Source: an uncultured bacterium
Lineage (GTDB): Bacteria > Krumholzibacteriota > Krumholzibacteriia > LZORAL124-64-63
Direction of reading: 5' to 3'
Assembly: GCA_963727525.1 (NCBI GenBank)
Contig: CAVSGO010000007.1
Span: forward strand, 416,001 to 480,000
DNA: 64,000 nt
In this document: one piece after another, positions 44,744-54,241 of the stretch
Layout: each line of letters starts with the position of its first letter
Numbering within the stretch: the first letter of the stretch is position 1
The notes under the pieces: model-generated
What the model was told of the DNA's origin: nothing
The model's input: only the letters and a program-made list of their open reading frames with translations
Database searches by the model: none
Program-made: the position numbers and the translations under genes

Positions 44744-46273
44744 TCAGGGCTGCGGGACCGGCGGTGGCGGGTTGTCGTACGACTCCTCGATCTCATCGAC
44801 GTTGATGTGCCCCATGTCGCCCATCTCATCGTCCATGATCTCGAGGTACACGTGGCGACCATGCAACGGTCGCAGATCCCAGTACCGCCAGCTCATGGTC
44901 TCGATACCGTCGCCCGTCTCGCTGTAGAGCGTCGTGTCGGCGTCGGCATCGATCAGCGAGACATAGCAGGTTTGCGGGTAGATGCCGCCGCCCACGAGCA
45001 TGCGCATGGAGTTGCCCGTCACGGTGAACGTGTCCGTCGCCACGTTGCCGCGCGAGGCATCGCCCAGGAACGCGCCGGGCGATCCCCGTCCGGACAGCGG
45101 CCCCTGGTAATACTCTTTGCTGCCGAAATAGAAATTCCCCACCGGACCTGCAGGCGCTTCGCCGCGACGCAACGGATTGTCGCCGAAGCAGGGATTGCCG
45201 AGCGTCGCGACGCCGTTGCGGACAGCGAAATAGCGGTCGAGGGGATGCGGCTTGTACACCGTGGGCGGGGCCAGCCCGGGCTGGAACTGCAAGGTGTCGA
45301 GGCGCACGACGAAAGACAGCGCCGTGTGGTTGACTTCCTGGTACGGCCCGATGCGTGAGAAAAGCCAGGGCCCGTCCTGATCGAACTGATCCACCTCGGG
45401 CGCGATTCCGTAGTCGATGAAGGTTCGGTTGGCGAACGACAGACCAGCGGGGTCGTCCGCACTGATGTGGCTGATCCCGTCGACATTGTACTCGACGAAG
45501 AACAGATGGTGCACGCCGTCCACCACCTTGTACTGCATGCTCTCCATCACGTTGCCGGGATTGCTGCCGTCGTTGCGGAAGAAGATGCTCTGCGCATCCC
45601 AGTGCAGCTGATCGGCCGACGTGATGTCGGCCGTGACGCCCTGGAATCCGCTGGGACCGTTGGCCGCCGCGGTCATCAGCATGTGCCATAGCGATCCGTC
45701 GTGGTAGACGTACGGGTCGCGGAAATTGCCGAAGGAGCCGTTGGGATTCCAGATGAAGATGCCGGTATCGGGCACCACGACGGGATTGAGCCGTGTCTTG
45801 TACCAGGTCGTCAGATCTCGCGACCAGGCCAGGGCGCCACGCTGGTTGTAATCCGCATCGACGGCAGTGTACGCCATCCACCAGAGGCCGTTCTCCGGGT
45901 TGAAGAACACGTCGGGAGCCCACATGGCCAGGGATTCGAAAGAGTCGCTGGAAACCCACAGCGCGGGCACCGGCGCCGTCCAGTGGATGAGGTCGTGGGT
46001 GGTGGCGTGGTAGATCGTATCCGCCGAGGCCGGCGTCGGGGACGACTCGGGTATACCGTGGTAGAAGATGTGGTACGTGCTGTCGACCCTCACGAGCGAG
46101 AAATCCCAGACCTGAACGTACGGGTGCACGTAGTAGGGTTGCTCGAAGTCGATCTTGAGGAGAGCCCGCGCGGGACGACTCGCGCCGAGAACGACGCACG
46201 TGAGCCAGACCGTGGCGATGATCATGAAAGGGCGGCGCCAGCGGAATGGGTCGAATCGAGGGGACGGGATCAT
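44744..46273 (-). CDS. Secreted GH32/clan-J-like five-bladed propeller glycoside hydrolase with C-terminal beta-sandwich
   Basis: 'WDF...YHIFY', 'WAPDV', 'FRDPYV', 'MES'; C-terminal 'LEIMDD...GHINVD'; start uncertain. Confidence 0.68.
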   Translation of the reverse strand: MIPSPRFDPFRWRRPFMIIATVWLTCVVLGASRPARALLKIDFEQPYYVHPYVQVWDFSLVRVDSTYHIFYHGIPESSPTPASADTIYHATTHDLIHWTAPVPALWVSSDSFESLAMWAPDVFFNPENGLWWMAYTAVDADYNQRGALAWSRDLTTWYKTRLNPVVVPDTGIFIWNPNGSFGNFRDPYVYHDGSLWHMLMTAAANGPSGFQGVTADITSADQLHWDAQSIFFRNDGSNPGNVMESMQYKVVDGVHHLFFVEYNVDGISHISADDPAGLSFANRTFIDYGIAPEVDQFDQDGPWLFSRIGPYQEVNHTALSFVVRLDTLQFQPGLAPPTVYKPHPLDRYFAVRNGVATLGNPCFGDNPLRRGEAPAGPVGNFYFGSKEYYQGPLSGRGSPGAFLGDASRGNVATDTFTVTGNSMRMLVGGGIYPQTCYVSLIDADADTTLYSETGDGIETMSWRYWDLRPLHGRHVYLEIMDDEMGDMGHINVDEIEESYDNPPPPVPQP

Positions 46274-46390
46274 GCGGGCGTCGACCTTTCGGTTGCGATC
46301 GTTCCGAGCCGGCTCCGCCACGGCGAGACGGTGGCACGCCAGCGCGGAGTCGGTTACGGGCGGAGATCATATGACATGGTATCAGAATTC

Positions 46391-47488
46391 ATGGACAACG
46401 GTCAACTGACCCACCTTGGTCTGACCCGCCCTGGTCGCCCGCGGTGGCGATTGGTTTTCGGGGTTCTCGTCTTCCTGGGCGTTGCTGGCGGGGCCGGCCT
46501 GGCCCGGAGCGCGGGAGATGCAAGGAACGCGCCGCCATCGGGGCTGGCGCGCCTCGACAGCCTCGTGGCGATGGGTGAGGTGGATGAAGTCCTGGCCGAG
46601 GCGGCAAAGCTGCTCGCGAGCGGCTCCCTGCGGCCGCAGGAGCGCTGGCTGGTCGACCAGCGCGTGTGTGCGGCGTTGACTGATGCAGGCCAGGCGCACC
46701 GCGCTCTGGGGACCTGCGAGGATGCGGCTCGCGCCGCACCCTACGATGCAGCGAATCATCGGAACTTTGCTGCCTGTTTGACCGCGGTCGGTCAGACCGG
46801 CCGGGCTATCGGCGAGTTCCAAGCTGCCCTTGAACTGGCGCCCGAGCAGACCGACTGGCGGCTCGAGTATGCGCAGACCCTGCGCCAGATGGGCGTTGCG
46901 CGTGAGGCGCTTGCTCAGCTCGATCGGGCGCGGACCGACTGCGGGGGTTGCCCCGCCGCGACCCGGGCCCTCGCGCAGTACTATCTGACGGAGGGGCCGG
47001 CGGCGAGAGCTGCTCCGCTGCTCGCCTCACTTCTGGCCGAGCATCCGGATCCTGCCGTGCGGGCACGCTATGCACAGCTCCTGAGCGATCTGGGCCGGTT
47101 CGCAACCGTCGACTCGCTGCTGGGCCCGCTGGGCCTGGCCCAGCTCTCCGTTCCCGAGACCTGGATGCTGCTGCAAGCTGATCGCGCGCTCGGACGCGGC
47201 GCGCGTGGTGTTCTCCTGGCGCCGGGCAACGCGGATAGTCAGGGCGTGTCTCCCGACATCGCGGGCCAGGCGCGGTACTGGGGACTCGTCTCGGAACTCT
47301 GCTTGCTGGCACACGACCCGGGGGCGAGTTTGAGAGCGATCGATGAGGCCGTGGCGATCTCTCCGCGCGAGGCCATCTGGCACCACAACCGCGCGGCGGT
47401 CCTGCTCGAACTGGGACGGAACGAGGAAGCCGCGGAGGCGCTGGCGCGGGCCAAGGCCCTCGGAATCGGGCGGGAGCAAGCACGATGA
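46391..47488 (+). CDS. Exported TPR-repeat protein
   Basis: Signal-like segment; repeats 'AIGEFQAALELAP', 'AVAISP..IWHHNRAAVLLELGR'. Confidence 0.75.
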   Translation: MDNGQLTHLGLTRPGRPRWRLVFGVLVFLGVAGGAGLARSAGDARNAPPSGLARLDSLVAMGEVDEVLAEAAKLLASGSLRPQERWLVDQRVCAALTDAGQAHRALGTCEDAARAAPYDAANHRNFAACLTAVGQTGRAIGEFQAALELAPEQTDWRLEYAQTLRQMGVAREALAQLDRARTDCGGCPAATRALAQYYLTEGPAARAAPLLASLLAEHPDPAVRARYAQLLSDLGRFATVDSLLGPLGLAQLSVPETWMLLQADRALGRGARGVLLAPGNADSQGVSPDIAGQARYWGLVSELCLLAHDPGASLRAIDEAVAISPREAIWHHNRAAVLLELGRNEEAAEALARAKALGIGREQAR

Positions 47489-48360
47489 TGCGAAGGACTG
47501 GTCAACGCCGGACATACTCCGTGCGGATGGTCGTGGTGCTGGGGTTGGTCACCGTGGCCGGCATGCCGGCCTGGGCAACGGAACTCGCGGAAGACCCGGC
47601 TCCGCTCGGAGGCATCCGCCTGATCCGGCTCGCGCGCTGCGCCGAGGAGTCGCCGCTGCAACCGGACGTCAAGGCCTCCCTCGCGAGCGCGGCGAGCCTC
47701 GTCCGGGGCGGTAACGGGGCTGACGGGATCACCGAGCTCGAACTCTGCGTCGCCGACCATCCCGAGGCGGGCTCGGCGCTGCTCATGCTTGCGCAGTGCT
47801 ACCTGGCGGCTGCCTGGGGGCGGCCCGACCTGGCCCCGCGCGAGGGGACCCTCGCCGCATCCGGCGATCGTGACCGGGACCTCGCCCGCTGGGTCGATCG
47901 CGCGTTCACGTTGCTCGAGGCTGCCGAGGGGCAACGCCCGGACGACGCCGTGGTCGATTACCTACGCGCCGAGGTCTGGCGCTTGCGCCACGATGACGAC
48001 GCGGCGGCCACCTCCGAATATCTCGGCATGCGCAAGTGCTCCTATATCCGCAGCCTGGAGATGGTCAAGCGGCTCCAGCGCCTGCAGTCGTACCCCGCGG
48101 CCGTCGTGGGGGAGCTGAAACCGCACTATCCGGAGGCCGCAGCGGCGCGGGGGATCACGGGGACGGTGACGCTCGACCTGCTCGTCGACCCCGAGGGGCG
48201 GGTGGAACAGGTGGTGACCGTATCCGGCCCGCCACTGCTTGCCGGGGCCGTCGAGGCGGCTGCGCGTGACGCGGGGTACCAGGCGGGCCGCGTGGGCGCG
48301 TATCCGGTGTGGTGCTGGCTGCGCGTTTCGGTCGGGTTCGGCCACGCCAGCACCGACTAG
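47485..48360 (+). CDS. TPR-like region plus TonB C-terminal domain protein
   Basis: 'PHYPEAAAARGITGTVTLDLLVDPEGRV' (TonB_C); signal peptide ending AWA; overlaps the upstream gene. Confidence 0.75.
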   Translation: MMRRTGQRRTYSVRMVVVLGLVTVAGMPAWATELAEDPAPLGGIRLIRLARCAEESPLQPDVKASLASAASLVRGGNGADGITELELCVADHPEAGSALLMLAQCYLAAAWGRPDLAPREGTLAASGDRDRDLARWVDRAFTLLEAAEGQRPDDAVVDYLRAEVWRLRHDDDAAATSEYLGMRKCSYIRSLEMVKRLQRLQSYPAAVVGELKPHYPEAAAARGITGTVTLDLLVDPEGRVEQVVTVSGPPLLAGAVEAAARDAGYQAGRVGAYPVWCWLRVSVGFGHASTD

Positions 48361-48509
48361 GCGTGGAACTGCCAGTTGATTTAACTGGCTATCCACCCTA
48401 ATTTTACGAGGCACCTCCGGTTTGGGACTGGAGGTTCGTCCTGATACTGCGTCGGGCCGCCCACTTGCGCCCCGCGGCTCTGTTCCGACGGGAGGTCGGT
48501 GTTTTGAAG

Positions 48510-49901
48510 ATGGGGTCTGGTACTCGCACTCTGGTCGCCTGCTACGTTCTCGTGCTCGTCGGTGCCCTCGTGGTGGGTTGCAGTACGAAGGACACGGCTT
48601 CCGAGCAGCTCGTCACCTGCGGCAATCATAGCTGCGGCGACCTGGCCATGGTGACCATCGACACCTCCACGGATGGCTTCCAGTACCTCGATGCTTCGGC
48701 CTCGCCGGACCAGCAGACACTCGCGTTCACCGCCGACTGGGCCGTGATCCCGTCGCAGGACGACTACACGGTGCCGTACCCGAATCGGCAGATCCTGGTG
48801 ATGCCCGTGCCCGGCGGGATCTGGGACGATGCGGCCCTGTCGCGGCGGCCGGTCGAGTCGATCGTGGAACAGGGCGCCCAGCTCGTGAAGTGCGAGGAAT
48901 TCTACAGTCTGGTGGGCGGGGCGCCCAACCTCACGCAGGGCGCGGCCCGGGCGAACAAGGGCTCGCCGATCTGGATGAGCCCGGATTCGCTGATCTTCTG
49001 GATCAACTTCAACAGCCGCGATCGCTTCGTTCTCGCCGATATTTCGGATCCGTCGTCCGTCCCGTTGCAGGTTCTCCACTATGAGCCCGATGATCTCGCG
49101 GCGAGCGGTTGGATCTACTATCACCACGACGGCGCGCTGTCTCCCGACAAGCGCTGGCTCGCCTATACGCGCTTCGGTTGCGATCGACCCAGCGCCGACG
49201 ATGCGATTTGTACGGACGTTGCGATCTGGGTCATCGATATGAATACCATCAGCGATCCCAGGGTCTCGCATGCCTTCCCGATCACGAGCGAGGCGGTAAC
49301 CATCGCCACGCCGAGCTGGTCGCCGGATGGCCGCAGCATCGTGTTCTCGTCGAGCCTGGATATCGTCGGCGACAACTCGGGCCACATGAACGAGATCTTC
49401 ACCATCGACTTCGACACCACGGGCTATGCCGCCAGCGGGACGGTGGTGTTGGACCGGAACCTGAGGCGCATCACGCACACGACGGTCGAACCGAACGATC
49501 CCATCGTCGGGCTCCAGAACTACGACCCGATCTACAGCCGCAATGGCGACTACGTCTACTTCGTCTCGAGCCGTCGCGCGCCCGGATCGACGCAGCGCGG
49601 CCGCAATATCTGGTCGGTGACGGCTGATGGTCGTCTCGAACCGGAGATCCTGTTCTTCTCGCGTCAGGACGACATCGATCCGTCGCTCATGGACGACGGG
49701 ACGATGATCTTGTCGAGCCGCCTCGGATTCACCACCGAGGTGCTCGATCGACTCGAGCAGGAGCGGGTCGACGAGTTGACGTCCCTTCCCGACACCGTGT
49801 TGACGACATTCGAGATCGCGCGCATCGCATCGGACGAGCGAGACAAGCTCGAGTTCTTCGAGGGTGTGATGGCGCAGCTCTACCTGTTCCGCAACTGGTA
49901 G
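48510..49901 (+). CDS. TolB-like (PD40 repeat) lipoprotein
   Basis: Lipobox 'VVGC'; repeats 'SPDQQTLAF', 'SPDKRWLAY', 'PSWSPDGRSIVFSS', 'PIYSRNGDYVYFVSSR'. Confidence 0.78.
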   Translation: MGSGTRTLVACYVLVLVGALVVGCSTKDTASEQLVTCGNHSCGDLAMVTIDTSTDGFQYLDASASPDQQTLAFTADWAVIPSQDDYTVPYPNRQILVMPVPGGIWDDAALSRRPVESIVEQGAQLVKCEEFYSLVGGAPNLTQGAARANKGSPIWMSPDSLIFWINFNSRDRFVLADISDPSSVPLQVLHYEPDDLAASGWIYYHHDGALSPDKRWLAYTRFGCDRPSADDAICTDVAIWVIDMNTISDPRVSHAFPITSEAVTIATPSWSPDGRSIVFSSSLDIVGDNSGHMNEIFTIDFDTTGYAASGTVVLDRNLRRITHTTVEPNDPIVGLQNYDPIYSRNGDYVYFVSSRRAPGSTQRGRNIWSVTADGRLEPEILFFSRQDDIDPSLMDDGTMILSSRLGFTTEVLDRLEQERVDELTSLPDTVLTTFEIARIASDERDKLEFFEGVMAQLYLFRNW

Positions 49902-49920
49902 GCGAGGTTGCGGAGAAGAC

Positions 49921-50048
49921 GCGAGGCCCCTGGCCGGGACAGCCAGGGGCCTCCGCATAGCCAGGGGCCTCCGCATAGCCAGGGGCCTCCGCATAGCCAG
50001 GGGCCTTCGCATGGCCAGGGGCCTTCGCATGTCCAGGGGCCTTCGCAT
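49921..50048. repeat. Six tandem 18-bp repeats preceded by an inverted partial copy (hairpin)
   Basis: AGCCAGGGGCCTCCGCAT x3 then three variants (49941-50048); GAGGCCCCTGGC at 49923-49934 is the reverse complement of the unit core. Confidence 0.95.
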
Positions 50049-50069
50049 GTCAGCTCGGGATCCTGGGGA

Positions 50070-50171
50070 TCAGGGGAGTACGTTGCCGCCGCCATTGGCC
50101 GCTGCCGTCGCCAGTCCCACCACGACGCACAATCCCAGCACCAGGACCAGCAAGATCAATCGTTTCACCAT
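50070..50171 (-). CDS. Small 33-aa signal-peptide-like ORF (MVKRLILLVLVLGLCVVVGLATAAANGGGNVLP)
   Basis: GGAG RBS 6 nt before ATG; starts 16 nt after the GT4 stop; n-h-c signal peptide pattern. Confidence 0.55.
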   Translation of the reverse strand: MVKRLILLVLVLGLCVVVGLATAAANGGGNVLP

Positions 50172-50186
50172 CCCGGACTCCATTCC

Positions 50187-51431
50187 TCAAAGGTGTTCGT
50201 AGATTTCCGTCAACTGCGCGGCGATGGCCAGCCAGCTGAAACGCTCCTCGATATGCCGCCGTGCGCGCCACGCACGCCTCGCGGCTTCCTGCGGCTGCTG
50301 TGCCGCCGCCAGTACCTGACGCGCAAAATCGTCGATGTCACTAGCCAGCCAGACGGTCTCGTCGGCGGCGTCGGTGATGCCCTCGGCGCCGATGGCCGTC
50401 GTCACGACCGGTATACCACGCGCCATCGCTTCGAGCACCTTGATCTTGATGCCACCGCCTTCGGTCAGCGGCGCCAGGAAGAGGCGACTTGTCGCGAACA
50501 GCGCGTCCAGATCGTCCACGTAACCGAGCCCCTGGACGCCGTCCGCCCCGGAACCCGAAATGTTCGCCAGGAACGTATCCGATCCGGGGCCGGCAAGGGC
50601 GAGTTCCCATGTCGGGAGCGCTTCGCGCAGCGCCGGCCAGATGGTCTCCAGGAGCAGCTTCGCCGCCACACGATTCGGCGGATGCTGGAAGCTGCCGAGA
50701 AACAGGGCCCGCGTCGCGCCATCGTCGGCGGGGCGAAAGGGCACACGGTCCGTGTCCACGCCCAGCGGGACCGTCTGGAGGTTCTGGCCGCCGAGCTGCG
50801 CGAACAGTTCGTGATCCTGAGGCGTGACGCAGAGCGTCGCGTCGGCCCAGGTCGACGCGTCGACCTGCAACCGCTCCCAGGCGTGGGCGACGATATGCAG
50901 CCACGCCCGCCGCGCGGGGTCGCGGGTGACGGCGGCGCGACGCTGACGCGGCAGCGAGCTGAGCTCATGACTGCCCAGCACCAGGCCCGGGCGCCGGTTC
51001 CCGTCGCGATCGCGAAGTCGCCGAATATTGCGCAGGGCCAGCGCCAATTGCAAGTATTCGATCTGGATCACATCCGGGTCGATCCGTCGCACGGCCTCGG
51101 CGACGGCGCGCAGGAGCGACGGCTGGCCGTACTTGGCGACGAAGAGCGGATACCGCGTGGCCACGGCGCGCCCGGCTGCTTGCAGGCGGCTCGTGACGAG
51201 GGCGACGCGCTGGTAGCCACGAGCACCGCGATCGACGAAGGGGATGCCGTGCACCTCGACGCCCAGGCTGGCCACGTCGTCGAGGAGCGCACCCTCGCCC
51301 GGCCGCACGAGCGCCACGACGTCGACCCGGTGGAGGCGCGAGAGGGCCTTCACGAGATTGCGCACGGCGGTGCCGCCGCCATGGCCCACCCGGCTGTGGG
51401 GGAGATACGGGGTCAGAACGAGCACTTTCAC
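50187..51431 (-). CDS. GT4-family glycosyltransferase
   Basis: 'FLGSFQHPPN', 'GYVDDL', 'GGGIKIKVLEAMARGIPVVTT..GAEGI'. Confidence 0.92.
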   Translation of the reverse strand: MKVLVLTPYLPHSRVGHGGGTAVRNLVKALSRLHRVDVVALVRPGEGALLDDVASLGVEVHGIPFVDRGARGYQRVALVTSRLQAAGRAVATRYPLFVAKYGQPSLLRAVAEAVRRIDPDVIQIEYLQLALALRNIRRLRDRDGNRRPGLVLGSHELSSLPRQRRAAVTRDPARRAWLHIVAHAWERLQVDASTWADATLCVTPQDHELFAQLGGQNLQTVPLGVDTDRVPFRPADDGATRALFLGSFQHPPNRVAAKLLLETIWPALREALPTWELALAGPGSDTFLANISGSGADGVQGLGYVDDLDALFATSRLFLAPLTEGGGIKIKVLEAMARGIPVVTTAIGAEGITDAADETVWLASDIDDFARQVLAAAQQPQEAARRAWRARRHIEERFSWLAIAAQLTEIYEHL

Positions 51432-51471
51432 CGCCGTCGCTCCGTCGCGGTTCGGCGATGGGACGTCGTCA

Positions 51472-51756
51472 TCAGCGGATCACGTAACCTCGGGACACGG
51501 CCAGATCTTCCTTGACCCGGTCGAGCTGGATCTCCCACTCGGTCGTGCCTTCCTCGAGCTGCGGCTTGTGCTGCAGCAACCACGCTGTGGCTTGTTCGTC
51601 GATCTCGTCCTCGATCTTGAGATCCTGCAGGATCAGGCCCTGGACGAAGAAGACAAACTTCTTCTCATCGATCTCGAGGTCGATCAATTCGTCGTCGAGC
51701 AGGGCGTTGGCGATCTCCTCGGCCAGGCGGGAGATGCGCTCCTCGGACAGTCGCAT
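51472..51756 (-). CDS. DUF507 family protein
   Basis: 'MRLSEERISRLA...EDEIDE...LAVSRGYVI'. Confidence 0.8.
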   Translation of the reverse strand: MRLSEERISRLAEEIANALLDDELIDLEIDEKKFVFFVQGLILQDLKIEDEIDEQATAWLLQHKPQLEEGTTEWEIQLDRVKEDLAVSRGYVIR

Positions 51757-51775
51757 GAATCGGTCTCCCCGGAGT

Positions 51776-52057
51776 CTAGAGCACGAAGCCTCGGCGTTTG
51801 GCCACTTCCCGCTTGAACTTGCGTCGCAGGTCGATCAGGTCCATCTCCAAGACCTGGATCTCGGCACGGTGCTGGCGGAGCAGGATATCCACTTCCTGCT
51901 CGATATCGTCCTCCTCGCGCATGTTCGCGAAGATGGTATCGGCGATGGTCTTGTCCACCGCGTCGATATTCGACGTGATGTGGACCTTCGGGTTTTCCTG
52001 GATCATCAGCAGGATCCGGTCGGCCAGGTAGCGGATCTTGTCTGGCGACAGCCTCAC
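51776..52057 (-). CDS. DUF507 family protein
   Basis: 'VRLSPDKIRYLA...EEDDIEQEV...VAKRRGFVL'; GGAGG RBS before GTG 52057. Confidence 0.8.
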   Translation of the reverse strand: MRLSPDKIRYLADRILLMIQENPKVHITSNIDAVDKTIADTIFANMREEDDIEQEVDILLRQHRAEIQVLEMDLIDLRRKFKREVAKRRGFVL

Positions 52058-52253
52058 GGGGACCTCCAGCCGGTGCGCGGGTGCGAACGTGCCCTTCATT
52101 GAAGTGCCAAGGCCCGACCTTGGCAAGTGAATTCCACGCCGCTACCATACCGGGCGCGTCCTTCGGACGCCGTGGGAACCTCGAGCGGCGGGGAGACGTA
52201 GAATCGCGCTGTCGCGAAATCCATGCACTACCGGTGACGAGGAAGAGGATAGC

Positions 52254-53237
<984 letters not shown>

Positions 53238-53251
53238 TTGCGGCGCGAAAC

Positions 53252-53287
53252 GACGAGGGACAGGACGAGGGACAGGACGAGGGACGA
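53252..53287 (+). repeat. Three tandem 12-bp repeats GACGAGGGAC(AG/GA)
   Basis: Directly visible between moxR and the DUF58 gene. Confidence 0.85.
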
Positions 53288-53290
53288 GCG

Positions 53291-54241
53291 ATGAGCCCAC
53301 GCGATCAGCGCGAGCACACGCGGCCGTCGACCCCGGCGGCCCGAGACGACGGGATCCCCCCGGCGATTTTCGCGGCGGTACGGCGGATCGAGATCCGCAC
53401 CCGTCGCCTCGTCGAGGAGGTCTTCTCGGGCGAGTACCACTCGGTCTTCAAGGGACGCGGCGTCGAGTTCCGGGAGGTCCGCGAGTACGTGCCCGGTGAC
53501 GATGTGCGTGCGATCGACTGGAACGTCACGGCTCGATCCGACGACACGTTCGTGAAACAGTACGAGGAAGAGCGTGAGCTCACCGTCATGCTCGTGGCCG
53601 ACGTCAGCGGAAGCGGTCGCTTCGGCTCCGGCGCGCGGACGAAGAGCGAGGTGGCCGCCGAACTGTGTGCGGTCCTGGCCTTCGCGGCCATCACGAACAA
53701 GGACAAGGTGGGGCTGCTGCTCTTCAGTGACCATGTGGAGAAGTTCATTCCGCCGGCCAAGGGCAAGAGCCACGTACTGCGCCTCATTCGTGAGCTACTC
53801 ACGTTCCGTCCCGCGGGACGTGGCACGGATCTCGGGCCGGCGCTGCGCCTCCTGGGCACGGTGGTGAAGCGACGCGCCACGGTGTTCCTCGTGTCCGACT
53901 TCTGGACCGCGGGTTTCGACCACAATCTGCGCATCGTCGCGCGCCGGCACGACTGCGTGGCGGTACGCCTGCGCGATCCTCGCGAGACCGACGTGCCGGC
54001 CGTGGGAGTCGTGCGCTGGCGCGATGCAGAGACCGACCGCGAAATCCTCGTCGACACGTCGTCAGCCAAAGTACGTGAGCAGCTCCACGATCGCGCACGG
54101 GCCTTCGATCAACGGCTCGAACGGTCCTACCGGCACGCAGGCGTCGATCTCGTGGATATCGACGTGACACGCTCATACGTCGAGCCGCTCCAGCGGTTCT
54201 TCCTGGCGCGCGCGGGCCGCCAGAGAGGAGGCGCGCGGTGA
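53291..54241 (+). CDS. DUF58 domain protein
   Basis: 'GEYHSVFKGRGVEFREVREYVPGDDVRAIDWNVTAR', 'DVSGS'. Confidence 0.94.
   Translation: MSPRDQREHTRPSTPAARDDGIPPAIFAAVRRIEIRTRRLVEEVFSGEYHSVFKGRGVEFREVREYVPGDDVRAIDWNVTARSDDTFVKQYEEERELTVMLVADVSGSGRFGSGARTKSEVAAELCAVLAFAAITNKDKVGLLLFSDHVEKFIPPAKGKSHVLRLIRELLTFRPAGRGTDLGPALRLLGTVVKRRATVFLVSDFWTAGFDHNLRIVARRHDCVAVRLRDPRETDVPAVGVVRWRDAETDREILVDTSSAKVREQLHDRARAFDQRLERSYRHAGVDLVDIDVTRSYVEPLQRFFLARAGRQRGGAR

Noticed and set aside
49941-50048. 18-bp array as a CRISPR array
   Set aside because: Units are directly adjacent with no spacers, are too short, and no cas genes are in the window.
48381-50048. 555-aa minus-strand ORF starting with (MRRPLA)n
   Set aside because: It is the antisense shadow of the TolB-like gene, and its repeat N-terminus is just the DNA array translated.
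50070-50072. Selenocysteine read-through of the micro-ORF TGA into the repeat frame
   Set aside because: No recognisable bacterial SECIS hairpin follows, and the read-through product would be the shadow ORF.
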